From Gallionella sp. (lineage in GTDB: Bacteria > Pseudomonadota > Gammaproteobacteria > Burkholderiales > Gallionellaceae), in NCBI GenBank assembly GCA_030653355.1, contig JAURZN010000206.1, forward strand, positions 6,137 to 70,136: a stretch of DNA of 64,000 nucleotides. Reading direction: 5' to 3'. The notes under the pieces were generated by a model. The model worked only from the letters and a program-made list of their open reading frames with translations. It was not told where the DNA came from and searched no databases. Position 1 is the first letter of the stretch; each line of letters begins with the position of its first letter. This document shows positions 9,162-18,431 of this stretch, in pieces. Made by a program: the position numbers and the translations under genes.

Positions 9162-9659
9162 TCAACTGACTTTATTTTTTGCCGCCATTTTCGAGCGCTG
9201 TTGAAACATAATCTGAATCTCTTTGGGTGCAGGCAGCAAGGCGTTTTCAATCGCCTGGGCATTATTAACCAAATCGGCCAACGAGAATTCCCGCAAAACG
9301 GCAAAAAATGCGGCGGAAGCTTTGTCCAGCACCCCGCTTAACTTACAGACGTCAGAAATGACACATCGGTGATTATCCGGACTGAAGCACTCTACCAAGT
9401 CAAAATTATCTTCAGTCGCATGCAAGGCTTCTTCCACATTGATATCTTCCGGCGCTCGCGCCAGACGCACCCCGCCATTGCGACCGCGTATGCTTTCAAT
9501 CAATCCTGATTTGGTCAATTGATGTGAAATTTTGACCAGATGGTTTTTGGAAATGGCAAAACGGTCACTGACTTCCTGTATCGTGACTACTCTGTCCTTG
9601 TCCAGAGCCAGGTACATCAACAGACGCATACCCAGATCAGAATAGTGTGTCAATTTCAT
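9162..9659 (-). CDS. nsrR: NO-sensing Rrf2 family repressor NsrR
   Basis: MKLTHYSDLGMRLLMYLA, SKNHLVK, RGRNGG, three Cys in VECF..C..VCKL. Confidence 0.9.
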   Translation of the reverse strand: MKLTHYSDLGMRLLMYLALDKDRVVTIQEVSDRFAISKNHLVKISHQLTKSGLIESIRGRNGGVRLARAPEDINVEEALHATEDNFDLVECFSPDNHRCVISDVCKLSGVLDKASAAFFAVLREFSLADLVNNAQAIENALLPAPKEIQIMFQQRSKMAAKNKVS

Positions 9660-9718
9660 GCTTGTCTTTCAGCTCAAATGTAATAAATCAATGCCATGCG
9701 CCCGTTATGTAGCAGCGA

Positions 9719-9979
9719 TTATATGCGTGTGAAGTTGATGGCGATCTGTCCGGGTTCGCGAGTAACGTAATTAATCGCAATTCCCTCACCGTAACGCTGG
9801 GTCAATTGTGCCAACAGCGGGAGTGGATCATGATCGTTAACAAAACTCATGGTCTCACCCGGATTCAGTGAATCGAGCGCACCAAAAATAGCCGCATGGC
9901 GAAAACGTTTGGCCACACCACGCGCATCGAACGGATAACACATATCAAAGGACACGGTATTAGAGCAATTATGTGACAT
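9719..9979 (-). CDS. DUF2249 domain protein
   Basis: FDARG..RHAAIFGALDSL.PGE...FVNDHDPLPL. Confidence 0.85.
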   Translation of the reverse strand: MSHNCSNTVSFDMCYPFDARGVAKRFRHAAIFGALDSLNPGETMSFVNDHDPLPLLAQLTQRYGEGIAINYVTREPGQIAINFTRI

Positions 9980-10047
9980 TTCAAATTCCTTATAAGCAAT
10001 GGTAGAAAAAAGGTGGCTTCACGCTGGCTTGACACGCGCAAACTATT

Positions 10048-10070
10048 AACATGCAGCGATAATACATGTT
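10048..10070. promoter_or_regulatory. NsrR-type operator in the divergent promoter region
   Basis: AACATGCA-N7-TACATGTT; right half identical to the 9032 site. Confidence 0.75.
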
Positions 10071-10146
10071 TTATTGTATAGTGCAAGCACTGACGTATTA
10101 AGCCATGGAATCACAAAGATTTTTTTTTCAAACCAAGGAAGCCGAT

Positions 10147-10581
10147 ATGAACACTATTGCGGAATTCATGAGCACCGATCATAGAGCATGTGACCTGACA
10201 TTCGCCACAGCGGAGCAGGCTGCACTTACCAATAGCTTGAGCAAAGCTGAAACTGCCTTCGAGACTTTCCGCCAAAATATGCAACGACATTTCCGTATGG
10301 AAGAAGAAGTGTTGTTTCCCGCGCTGCTGGATGCCGGTGGCCCAGGCGGGCCAGTACAGGTGATGCGCATGGAGCATGCGCAAATGAACGAACTGATCGA
10401 ACTGATGGCAGCCGCTGTAGCCAATAAAAATACTCAGGAGTACAGCGGTCTTTCTGAAACGCTGCTGATTGTAATGCAGCAGCATAATCTCAAAGAGGAA
10501 CAAATTCTTTATCCCATCGCCGACCGTATTCTGGCTGCGGAACTGGAAAGCTTGTTCAGCCGAATGCAGGCCATACAGTAG
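10147..10581 (+). CDS. Hemerythrin-like (HHE) domain protein
   Basis: DH..., HFRMEEEVLFP, EH, HNLKEEQILYP; AAGGA RBS. Confidence 0.9.
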   Translation: MNTIAEFMSTDHRACDLTFATAEQAALTNSLSKAETAFETFRQNMQRHFRMEEEVLFPALLDAGGPGGPVQVMRMEHAQMNELIELMAAAVANKNTQEYSGLSETLLIVMQQHNLKEEQILYPIADRILAAELESLFSRMQAIQ

Positions 10582-10593
10582 CCACAGCGTATC

Positions 10594-10821
10594 ATGGACC
10601 TATTAATATCAGAGCTGGACGTACGCGGCCTGCCGCCGCCTGAGCCCTTCGAAAACATCATGCACGCCTTATCATCACTGCCCGCAGGTGTAGCGCTGCG
10701 CGTGCTGATACATCGCGAGCCTTACCCACTTTACGAAGTGTTGCAGGACATGGGCTATGTCTGGCAAACCAGCGCGTTACCGGATGGACACTTTGCAATA
10801 CTGATCAGGCACGCCAAATGA
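10594..10821 (+). CDS. DUF2249 domain protein
   Basis: LDVRGLPPPEPF..HREPYPLY. Confidence 0.85.
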   Translation: MDLLISELDVRGLPPPEPFENIMHALSSLPAGVALRVLIHREPYPLYEVLQDMGYVWQTSALPDGHFAILIRHAK

Positions 10822-12086
10822 GCACTGTCTCTCTGAGCACCGAACAGGCGCCACCTATTTCAGTACCGTTGCGCTTTTTCGCTGTAGCCCCGCTATTTTT
10901 GGTACTGGCTGCACTGATAGGGATTATGGGCGATGGCATTGCCGATGCGCATACACCCGCGCTGCTGGCCGCCACACACTGCATCACTCTGGGCTTCATC
11001 GGAATGATCATGTTCGGTGCGATGCAGCAAATTCTGCCCGTGGTAATCGGCAGCCCCATGCCCTCATCCCGGCTGGTCGCCTGGTTCAGTTTACTGCCAC
11101 TGATATTCGGTACGCTTTCGTTGTCCGGCGGTTTTCTGCTGGGCAATTCTGTCTTGCTGCATCTTGCCTCGGTACTGCTGGGATTAGCCTTCCTTGTATT
11201 TATCATTGCCAGTCTTGTTTCTCTGGCGCGTGCCGCTGCGCGCAACACAACTGCAACAGCAATACTGCTGTCTGTTCTGGCTCTCACCGCAGCCGTCACC
11301 CTAGGCATAGTGCTGGCACAGGGTTATGCCAGCGGATGGCCGCTGGACTATCCGAAACTCGCTGCCGCACACATCAGTCTGGCATTAGGCGGATGGGTCA
11401 TGCTGCTGATAGTCGGTGTGTCCTATCAAGTCGTACCCATGTTCCAGCTCACTCCCGCCTATCCGAAATGGTTATCAGTCGGCCTGGCCCCTGCCCTGTT
11501 CAGCGCACTGCTGCTGAATCTGGCATCAAATTATTTTGAAATCCATACTCTGGAATTTTTTGCCGTGTGTCTATTCTGCTTATGCGCTATCAGTTTCGCA
11601 TTGGTCACTCTCAGGCTGCAATTCCGGCGTCGTCGGCGCGTTACCGATGCCACGCTGAATTTTTTCCGGCTGGGCATGATCTCGCTGTTGTGTGCCGCAC
11701 TCTGCGCAGCGGCAACCCTGATCGCACCTGCACATGAGTATTTCAGACAGCTTTCCATAGTGATTTTCATACTGGGGTTCGCGCTGTCCGTCATCCATGG
11801 CATGCTGTACAAAATTATCCCGTTTCTGGTCTGGTTTCATCTGTTTCGCGGGGGAGTAAAAAAGGGGGTCCCCAATATGAAGGAAGTCATTCCAGAGCAC
11901 TGGATGTGGCGGCACTTGTGGCTGCATATAGCCACCCTGCTGGCGGCCTTGCTGGCTTCTTTCTGGGATGCGGCAGCCTGGCTGCTGATACTGGGTTTAT
12001 CGCTTCAAGGCGTGGTGCTGAGTATTGCAATTTTCACCGGCATCATGGTTTATCGGCGCACCTATCAACGACTAGCGAAAGTTTGA
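10818..12086 (+). CDS. Polytopic membrane protein with NnrS/heme-copper oxidase-like repeats
   Basis: ~12 TM; repeated H..LG/GW...G..YQ..P units (THCITLGF..QQILPV; AHISLALGGW..YQVVPMF; GMLYKIIPF). Confidence 0.6.
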   Translation: MSTVSLSTEQAPPISVPLRFFAVAPLFLVLAALIGIMGDGIADAHTPALLAATHCITLGFIGMIMFGAMQQILPVVIGSPMPSSRLVAWFSLLPLIFGTLSLSGGFLLGNSVLLHLASVLLGLAFLVFIIASLVSLARAAARNTTATAILLSVLALTAAVTLGIVLAQGYASGWPLDYPKLAAAHISLALGGWVMLLIVGVSYQVVPMFQLTPAYPKWLSVGLAPALFSALLLNLASNYFEIHTLEFFAVCLFCLCAISFALVTLRLQFRRRRRVTDATLNFFRLGMISLLCAALCAAATLIAPAHEYFRQLSIVIFILGFALSVIHGMLYKIIPFLVWFHLFRGGVKKGVPNMKEVIPEHWMWRHLWLHIATLLAALLASFWDAAAWLLILGLSLQGVVLSIAIFTGIMVYRRTYQRLAKV

Positions 12087-12088
12087 CC

Positions 12089-12472
12089 ATGAGTTTTATG
12101 CTACTTAAATCCATACACATCAGCTGTGCTGTTCTCAGCTATGCGCTGTTTTTCCTGCGCGGCATCTGGATCATCAACGAATCAGCCATCATGCATCAAC
12201 GCTGGGTCAGGATAGTTCCACACATCGTGGACACCCTGCTGCTTTCCTCCGCGATTGCGCTGGCCTGGACCATAGGGCAATACCCGTTCGCAGATGGCTG
12301 GCTGACCGCAAAAGTGATCGCCCTGCTGGTGTACATCGGCCTGGGTTTCATCGCACTTAAATACGCACGAAGCAAACCCCTGCGCATTTATGCCTGGCTG
12401 GCTGCACAGTTAGTGTTCGCCTACATCGTGCTGGTCGCCCTCAACCACAATCCCTTTCCCTGGCTAAGCTAA
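12089..12472 (+). CDS. SirB2 family membrane protein
   Basis: LKSIHISC..LFFLRG, PHIVDTLLL, WLTAK. Confidence 0.88.
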   Translation: MSFMLLKSIHISCAVLSYALFFLRGIWIINESAIMHQRWVRIVPHIVDTLLLSSAIALAWTIGQYPFADGWLTAKVIALLVYIGLGFIALKYARSKPLRIYAWLAAQLVFAYIVLVALNHNPFPWLS

Positions 12473-12491
12473 TTTTCTCTGGATAAATAAA

Positions 12492-13034
12492 ATGATTACT
12501 ACGCTCTCTGGTGCGACCGCACCCAGCTTTGACCACCCGCTGGAAATGCTGCGCGCCTGCCACGACAAGATACTGCGGCAATGCAACACCCTGCAAAAAC
12601 TGACAGCGCATCTGGAATGCGAGGGGTGCGATCAGCAAGTACAACAAGCAGCTCAGGGCATCCTGCGCTACTTTGATACGGCGGGACAATTTCATCATCT
12701 GGATGAGGAGCAAGACCTGTTCCCCGCTCTGCGTGCTGCGGCTGGCGCTGATAATTTGACGCTGGATGCACTGCTGGAACGCCTGCTCGCCGAACATGTA
12801 TTCATGCTGGCTTCCTGGGAGGCATTACATCCGGTGCTATCGAAACTGGCTGAAGGAAATCATGCAACGTTAACTGCCGAGCTGAGCGGAAATTTCATCG
12901 CCAGATATACCGATCACATCGCCATCGAAAATACCGAACTGCTGCCGCTTGCCGCGCGTCTGCTCGACCCGCTGCAAATGGAGCTGATAGGTCGTCGCAT
13001 GGCTGAGCGACGCGGTGCAAAATTTCCCGCATAA
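12492..13034 (+). CDS. Hemerythrin-like (HHE) domain protein
   Basis: PLEMLRACH, HHLDEEQDLFP, EH, HIAIEN. Confidence 0.88.
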   Translation: MITTLSGATAPSFDHPLEMLRACHDKILRQCNTLQKLTAHLECEGCDQQVQQAAQGILRYFDTAGQFHHLDEEQDLFPALRAAAGADNLTLDALLERLLAEHVFMLASWEALHPVLSKLAEGNHATLTAELSGNFIARYTDHIAIENTELLPLAARLLDPLQMELIGRRMAERRGAKFPA

Positions 13035-13069
13035 ACGCCCGAATCTGCTGCCATGCCACCCTTGCGTGA

Positions 13070-13948
13070 CTACTCAGCCGAGGCTGCGATGGGTGCCGCC
13101 TCTGCGCATAGTGCATCGAGACTGGCTTCATCTATATCCAGAATTTGCAGGCAGGTCGCACCCAGCTTAGTCCATTCCTGCGTCATGCTCAGGCCAAGCT
13201 GTTGCTGCACGATGTATTCCGCAAGCTGAGCGATCGCAATCAGCCTGCGGCTCAGTACCGGCAATTTGGAATCGACTGATGCCAGCGCAACCACATCGTG
13301 ATGATTGCGGATGGCGAGACATATTTCCTCGGGCAACCACCAGTTTTGCGCCAACAGACAACCTACCATTGCGTGGTTCGTCGGCAGTTCAGCCGCTTCC
13401 ACCTCGGTAAAGCTGCGCGTGACATCGCCGTTTGCAGCCACCAGCACATTCTCATAGCGAGGAAAACGTCCAAGCAGAACCGGGATGCCACAGTCACGAA
13501 ACAGACCGAAGGTGTAGGCATCATCGGCGTGAAGACCGGATATATTAAGATATTGTGCCAGCCAGCCGGAGAGCAATGCAATGCGCGCCGAAGCATCCCA
13601 GAATCGCTCCAGATTGGCTACGTTAGGGAAAGCCTTGCTGAGCACCAGTCCTGCTACCGCACGACTGGCCGTCTTCAGGCCCAGTATCACGATGGCTTCA
13701 TTAACCGAACGCACTCGCTGACGCATACCAAAATAAGGAGAATTGGCCGTCTTGATCAAACCGGCCGACAAGCCGACATCAGTTCCGATCACGCTGGCCA
13801 GACGCTTGAAATCCGGTTCATCCTGACGTGCTTCCGTCATGAAGCGTTGCAGGATAATCGGGCAAGGGGGGATGCCGATATCCAGAATGGAACGCTCTAT
13901 CAGATTATCAACAGCCGTTTTCGGCGTTACTCGCACAATGTCATTCAT
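13070..13948 (-). CDS. HDOD domain protein
   Basis: DVGLSAGLIKTANSP, GLFRDCG, HAMVG..W.LPEEI..AIRNHH. Confidence 0.9.
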   Translation of the reverse strand: MNDIVRVTPKTAVDNLIERSILDIGIPPCPIILQRFMTEARQDEPDFKRLASVIGTDVGLSAGLIKTANSPYFGMRQRVRSVNEAIVILGLKTASRAVAGLVLSKAFPNVANLERFWDASARIALLSGWLAQYLNISGLHADDAYTFGLFRDCGIPVLLGRFPRYENVLVAANGDVTRSFTEVEAAELPTNHAMVGCLLAQNWWLPEEICLAIRNHHDVVALASVDSKLPVLSRRLIAIAQLAEYIVQQQLGLSMTQEWTKLGATCLQILDIDEASLDALCAEAAPIAASAE

Positions 13949-15237
13949 TTCGTATTCCTTACTTGCAGCCAGTTCAGAAGTGCTTCATCAGGCATGGGTC
14001 TTGCGTAGAAAAACCCCTGAATGGCATCAACACCGGCCTCCAGCAGAATATCTATCTCTTCCTGTCGTTCGCAGCCTTCGGCCACAACCGTCATACCCAG
14101 TTCATGGCCCAGCTGGGTCATCGCTTTGACCACGGCCAGAGCACGAGGGTCCTCCGGCAACACAGTGACAAAGGCGCGATCCAGCTTCATTTTTTTGGCG
14201 GGTATATCTTTCAGCGTCGCCAGACAGGAGTAGCCGGTTCCAAAGTCATCGATGGCCAGCACGACACCGGCAGCGATGGCATTCCTGAGATTGCTCTGTA
14301 CCGTATCACACACATCCATAAACAGGGATTCGGTCAGTTCCAGCTCGATCAATTCCGGTTTGACGTTTGAGCATATCAGTGCAGCATGCAGCGCCTGGGT
14401 AAATTTCGGAGATATCAGCTGTGCGCGTGACACATTGATGGCAACTTTGGTGTGATAACCCGCCTCCTGAAGCTGGCGTGCCTGCAGCGCACCCTGCAAA
14501 AGACTCCATTCGCCCAGTCTGGTCACCAGGCCGGTTTTTTCCGCAACAGGAATGAATTTCCCGGGAGGAATGTTGATACCGTTGACCGAGCAACGCATCA
14601 GCGCCTCGACAGCTTCTATCGCTCCGTTCGCAAGTATGATGGGTTGATAGTGCAGGCATAATCCACCCGTCTCCAGCGCGACATGCAGGGTACTTTCGAT
14701 CGAGAGTTCCTCGCGTGCGAGTGTAATGCCAAGCAGCCCGGGTATAGGCTCATCGCCGGAACAAACAATACCGTTTCCCCCGCTGGATTTAGCTGCGTAC
14801 ATGGCACGGTCTGCGCGCTCCAGCAGGTCAAGCGAGCTCTCTTCCCCGTCGTGTATGGCTATTCCTATGCTCGCAGTGGGGCATAAGGTCATATTTCCCA
14901 TGTGAATCAATTCTTCGACTACGCCGGCCAGTTCACGGGCGAACCGTTCTGCCTGCATCCGATCACACTGAGGGACGAGCAGGACGAATTCGTCCCCGCC
15001 CATTCTGGAAATTTCGGCGCGCCCACCCACCCGGCGTAAACGTACAGCGAGATTCCTGATGACTTCATCCCCACCAGGATGACCGAACGAGTCATTGATT
15101 TTTTTAAAGCGATCCAGATCAATCCAGATGACAGCGAACGGTTGTCCCTGGCAGCTCGACGTAGCAGTTAATCTTTCGGCTATCTGCAAGCAGCCAAATC
15201 GATCCAGCAATCCTGTCAGGGGGTCTATGCCATTCAT
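13945..15237 (-). CDS. GGDEF-EAL diguanylate cyclase/phosphodiesterase
   Basis: GGDEF, EALMR and DDFGTGYS motifs. Confidence 0.92.
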   Translation of the reverse strand: MNGIDPLTGLLDRFGCLQIAERLTATSSCQGQPFAVIWIDLDRFKKINDSFGHPGGDEVIRNLAVRLRRVGGRAEISRMGGDEFVLLVPQCDRMQAERFARELAGVVEELIHMGNMTLCPTASIGIAIHDGEESSLDLLERADRAMYAAKSSGGNGIVCSGDEPIPGLLGITLAREELSIESTLHVALETGGLCLHYQPIILANGAIEAVEALMRCSVNGINIPPGKFIPVAEKTGLVTRLGEWSLLQGALQARQLQEAGYHTKVAINVSRAQLISPKFTQALHAALICSNVKPELIELELTESLFMDVCDTVQSNLRNAIAAGVVLAIDDFGTGYSCLATLKDIPAKKMKLDRAFVTVLPEDPRALAVVKAMTQLGHELGMTVVAEGCERQEEIDILLEAGVDAIQGFFYARPMPDEALLNWLQVRNTK

Positions 15238-15573
15238 ATCGCGACGCCATGTACGAAAAACAAAAAATAGCAGATGCGTTCGTCAATCACAACGAATGCC
15301 TGCAGCGGCTGAATTGCTTAAGCAATCCGGATGCACCCCCGGCATTTCAAATATCGCGTCCTAAAACACAGCTTAAATTTGCTGAGTATTGCTCGGGTTA
15401 GTGGTTTTTTCTAAAACGGTACGCAAATTTACCCAAAGCAGAATCAAAGCTCAAGCCCGCTCATCAAGGTGCAGACAATCAGGATAAACGGCATAATTAT
15501 CCCGACAAACGGCTTATAAACAGGAATGAACGGTTATTTCCTTATTCATGCAGCGCATCAGTCTTAATAACGT

Positions 15574-17844
15574 TCAGTGTTGCTGCTGCGCGTCGTTCAC
15601 CCAGCATACAAAACCCTCAAGATTTAGCGGTTTTGAAAACAAATAACCCTGGTAGCCGGGGCATCCGTAGGATTTGAGCAGACTCAGTTGCGCCTCGGTT
15701 TCTACCCCCTCTGCAATCACGTCAAGCCCGAGGTTCTGTGCCATGCCCACCATCGTCCGGACAATCACCGCATCACCGGATTCAGTGGTGACATTGCGCA
15801 CAAACGCTCGGTCGATTTTCAACTGCTGGATGGGAAGCTGACGAAGATAGGAAAGCGATGAATAACCAGTACCAAAATCATCCAGCGAAAATTTGATTCC
15901 GGCGGATTTGAGCCGGTTCATCTTGCCGATAGCCTCATTGATGTTGTGAACCAGAGATGTCTCCGTCAATTCCAGCTTGATCTGGCGCGGATCGCAACCC
16001 CTGGCCTTGATAATCGCCAATACATCTTCCACAAAGCTGGCGCGCATGAAAGCCGAAGCGGAAATATTGACGGCAAGCCGCATTCCGGCAAATGGATCTT
16101 GGGTACTCCACGCGCTCAGTTGCTGGCAGGCCTCCCCCAACACCCAATAATCAATCAGGGCAATCAGTCCGCATTCTTCGGCAAAGGGAATAAAATCATT
16201 CGGCTGTATCAAACCCCGCAGCGGATGTTGCCAGCGCAACAGCACCTCGGCGCCGACACAACGACCGCTTGCGTCCATCTGAGGCTGAAAATACAGTTGA
16301 AATTGCGCCTCCTGCAAGGCACAGCGCAAATCTGTTTTTAACTGGGTACGCGCCTCCAGGGCCTGCTGCATGGACGCGTCAAAAAAACGCAACGTGGCCC
16401 GACCGCTGTTTTTTGCCTGATACAGTGCAAGATCGGTGTGTTTAAGCAACTCTTCGGTACTTTGCTGCTCGCCGTGAAACAGGGTAATCCCTATGCTGGC
16501 CGTACATAGATACTCCCTGCCATCAATCAGATAAGGCTGGTTAAGCATGAACAGCACTTTTTCGGCGACCGATTCTGCACGCGGGACGAGATCGACATCC
16601 GTATCGACCAGATTCGCCAGCATGACGACAAATTCGTCCCCGCCCATCCTGGCTACCGTATCACCCGTTCTCACGCAGGACATGAGTCGATTGCCGACAT
16701 TGACAAGCAATTTATCGCCGGCATCATGTCCCTGTGTTTCATTAAGTTCCTTGAAATTATCCATATCAATGAACAACAAGGCGCCATAGCTGTCATTGCG
16801 CTGGCTCGCAGCCATGGCCTGACGCAGACGATCCATCATCAAACGGCGGTTAGGCAGTTGAGTCAGCGGGTCGTAGTAGGCAAGACGATTGATTTCCGCC
16901 TCTGTTTTCTTGCGCGCGGAAATATCACTGAATATCCCGACGTAGTGTGTCGTTTTGCCGAGATCGTCCTTTACGGCCGTAATAGTCAGGTGTTTGGGAT
17001 ACAACTCGCCATTTTTCCGTCTATCCCACATCTCGCCGCTCCATTCCCCCGTGCTGAGCAATGATGCCCACATGGCGTCATAAAAATTCCTGTCGTGAGT
17101 TCCCGAACGGAGCAAGGCGGGCGTTTTGCCTATCACCTCATCCGCCTCGTAACCGGTGATTGCACAAAAAGCCCGGTTGACTCGCAAGATTGTGGAGTTC
17201 ACATCGGTGACCAGGATGGCTTCATGTGTTTCGAAGGCCGTGGCGGCAATCCAGAGTTGCTGCTCTTTGAGGATGCGTTCGGTGATATCCAGATTGGTGG
17301 AACGCACCCCCAGTATCCTGCCGTTCTCGTCGCGTACATCGCCACACAAGTGCTCAAGCCAGCGGATTTCACCCGCAGGGGTTCGAATGCGTACGATCAG
17401 TTTTTCGGGATTGCCCTGTTCGTGCATCTGATGCACATGCGTATCCCAGGCAGGACGGTCATCCTCGTGTATCAGGCTGCTCATAAGATTGGGCTGAGCG
17501 TAGAAATCCTGCTGACGGTAGCCTGTCGTCTGTAAACACGAGGGGGAAACATAGTCGTAAGCCCCGTCAACGCGCCGCACGTAGATGAATTCCTGCGCGA
17601 GGTCGGCAACGGCACTAAAAATTCCCTGTTTGAGCTGCATCTCCCGCCGCAAAGCAACCAGAGTGGAAAGCATCAGGCCGATAGTCGTACCCAGCAATAG
17701 CGGAATGATCAGGTGACGCGCTGTTAAATGCGGGAATAACAGTGTCATTTGCACCAGCGCAAATGACATGACAACGGCAATTCCCAGGGCGGTAAAACGC
17801 AGATAGATACTTCGATGTTTGGATATAAACGGCAATACCTTCAT
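15574..17844 (-). CDS. Membrane-anchored PAS-PAS-GGDEF-EAL protein
   Basis: Two TM, two PAS/PAC, GGDEF, EVLLR, DDFGTGYSS. Confidence 0.92.
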   Translation of the reverse strand: MKVLPFISKHRSIYLRFTALGIAVVMSFALVQMTLLFPHLTARHLIIPLLLGTTIGLMLSTLVALRREMQLKQGIFSAVADLAQEFIYVRRVDGAYDYVSPSCLQTTGYRQQDFYAQPNLMSSLIHEDDRPAWDTHVHQMHEQGNPEKLIVRIRTPAGEIRWLEHLCGDVRDENGRILGVRSTNLDITERILKEQQLWIAATAFETHEAILVTDVNSTILRVNRAFCAITGYEADEVIGKTPALLRSGTHDRNFYDAMWASLLSTGEWSGEMWDRRKNGELYPKHLTITAVKDDLGKTTHYVGIFSDISARKKTEAEINRLAYYDPLTQLPNRRLMMDRLRQAMAASQRNDSYGALLFIDMDNFKELNETQGHDAGDKLLVNVGNRLMSCVRTGDTVARMGGDEFVVMLANLVDTDVDLVPRAESVAEKVLFMLNQPYLIDGREYLCTASIGITLFHGEQQSTEELLKHTDLALYQAKNSGRATLRFFDASMQQALEARTQLKTDLRCALQEAQFQLYFQPQMDASGRCVGAEVLLRWQHPLRGLIQPNDFIPFAEECGLIALIDYWVLGEACQQLSAWSTQDPFAGMRLAVNISASAFMRASFVEDVLAIIKARGCDPRQIKLELTETSLVHNINEAIGKMNRLKSAGIKFSLDDFGTGYSSLSYLRQLPIQQLKIDRAFVRNVTTESGDAVIVRTMVGMAQNLGLDVIAEGVETEAQLSLLKSYGCPGYQGYLFSKPLNLEGFVCWVNDAQQQH

Positions 17845-17904
17845 GCATTAACCCCTGAATTATTTCTGCCCCAGCCACAACGCTTAACATCAGCAAACAA
17901 TTTC

Positions 17905-18341
17905 AACCTTAAAACCTCAGTTCAATCCGCAGATTACGCAGATTTTCAAACAGTTACGGGTGTTAGCGCTTTCACCTAATGGGTTGCAATAAGTTATTTG
18001 TAAGCCTTTATTTAAGGCTATGTCGTAGTTGCCTGTTGAAATTGGAATTTAGATTTGGATGTCTCACGCGGAGGCGCGGAGAACGCGGAGAAAAGCACAT
18101 AACCAACACAATAATTAAAATCAAAATTCGCAATATTCATAATTGGTCGAGTTGGTATGAGTTTATCTGCATGTGTTTGCGCTTGTAGCCAGTTGCTTGG
18201 TTATATCTCCGCGTTCTCCGCGTCTCCGCGTGAACATCGCTTTTTAGTGCGATCGAATTGCTGCCAACAGTTAATTGCGACATAGCCTTATTTAATCGGT
18301 TTTTATCTGTGTAATCTGCGGACAACTGCTTTTTTTAGGTT
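17905..18341. mobile_element. MITE-like element copy A, interrupted by a nested MITE
   Basis: Imperfect 18-bp TIR (AACCTTAAAACCTCAGTT vs AACCTAAAAAAAGCAGTT); homologous to 22416-22633 and 28169-28345. Confidence 0.75.
18016..18287. mobile_element. Nested 272-bp MITE, IS1595-family (ISPna2-like) ends
   Basis: 23-bp TIR starting GGCTATGTCG (19/23 match); 8-bp TSD TTATTTAA at 18008-18015 and 18288-18295. Confidence 0.8.
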
Positions 18342-18431
18342 CAACAAGACTGCCACTCTACATCATTAACCCTACTAACGGCCATGGAAAAGTAACCACA
18401 CGCGAGTTTCACATTAACGTGCTATCCGGGA

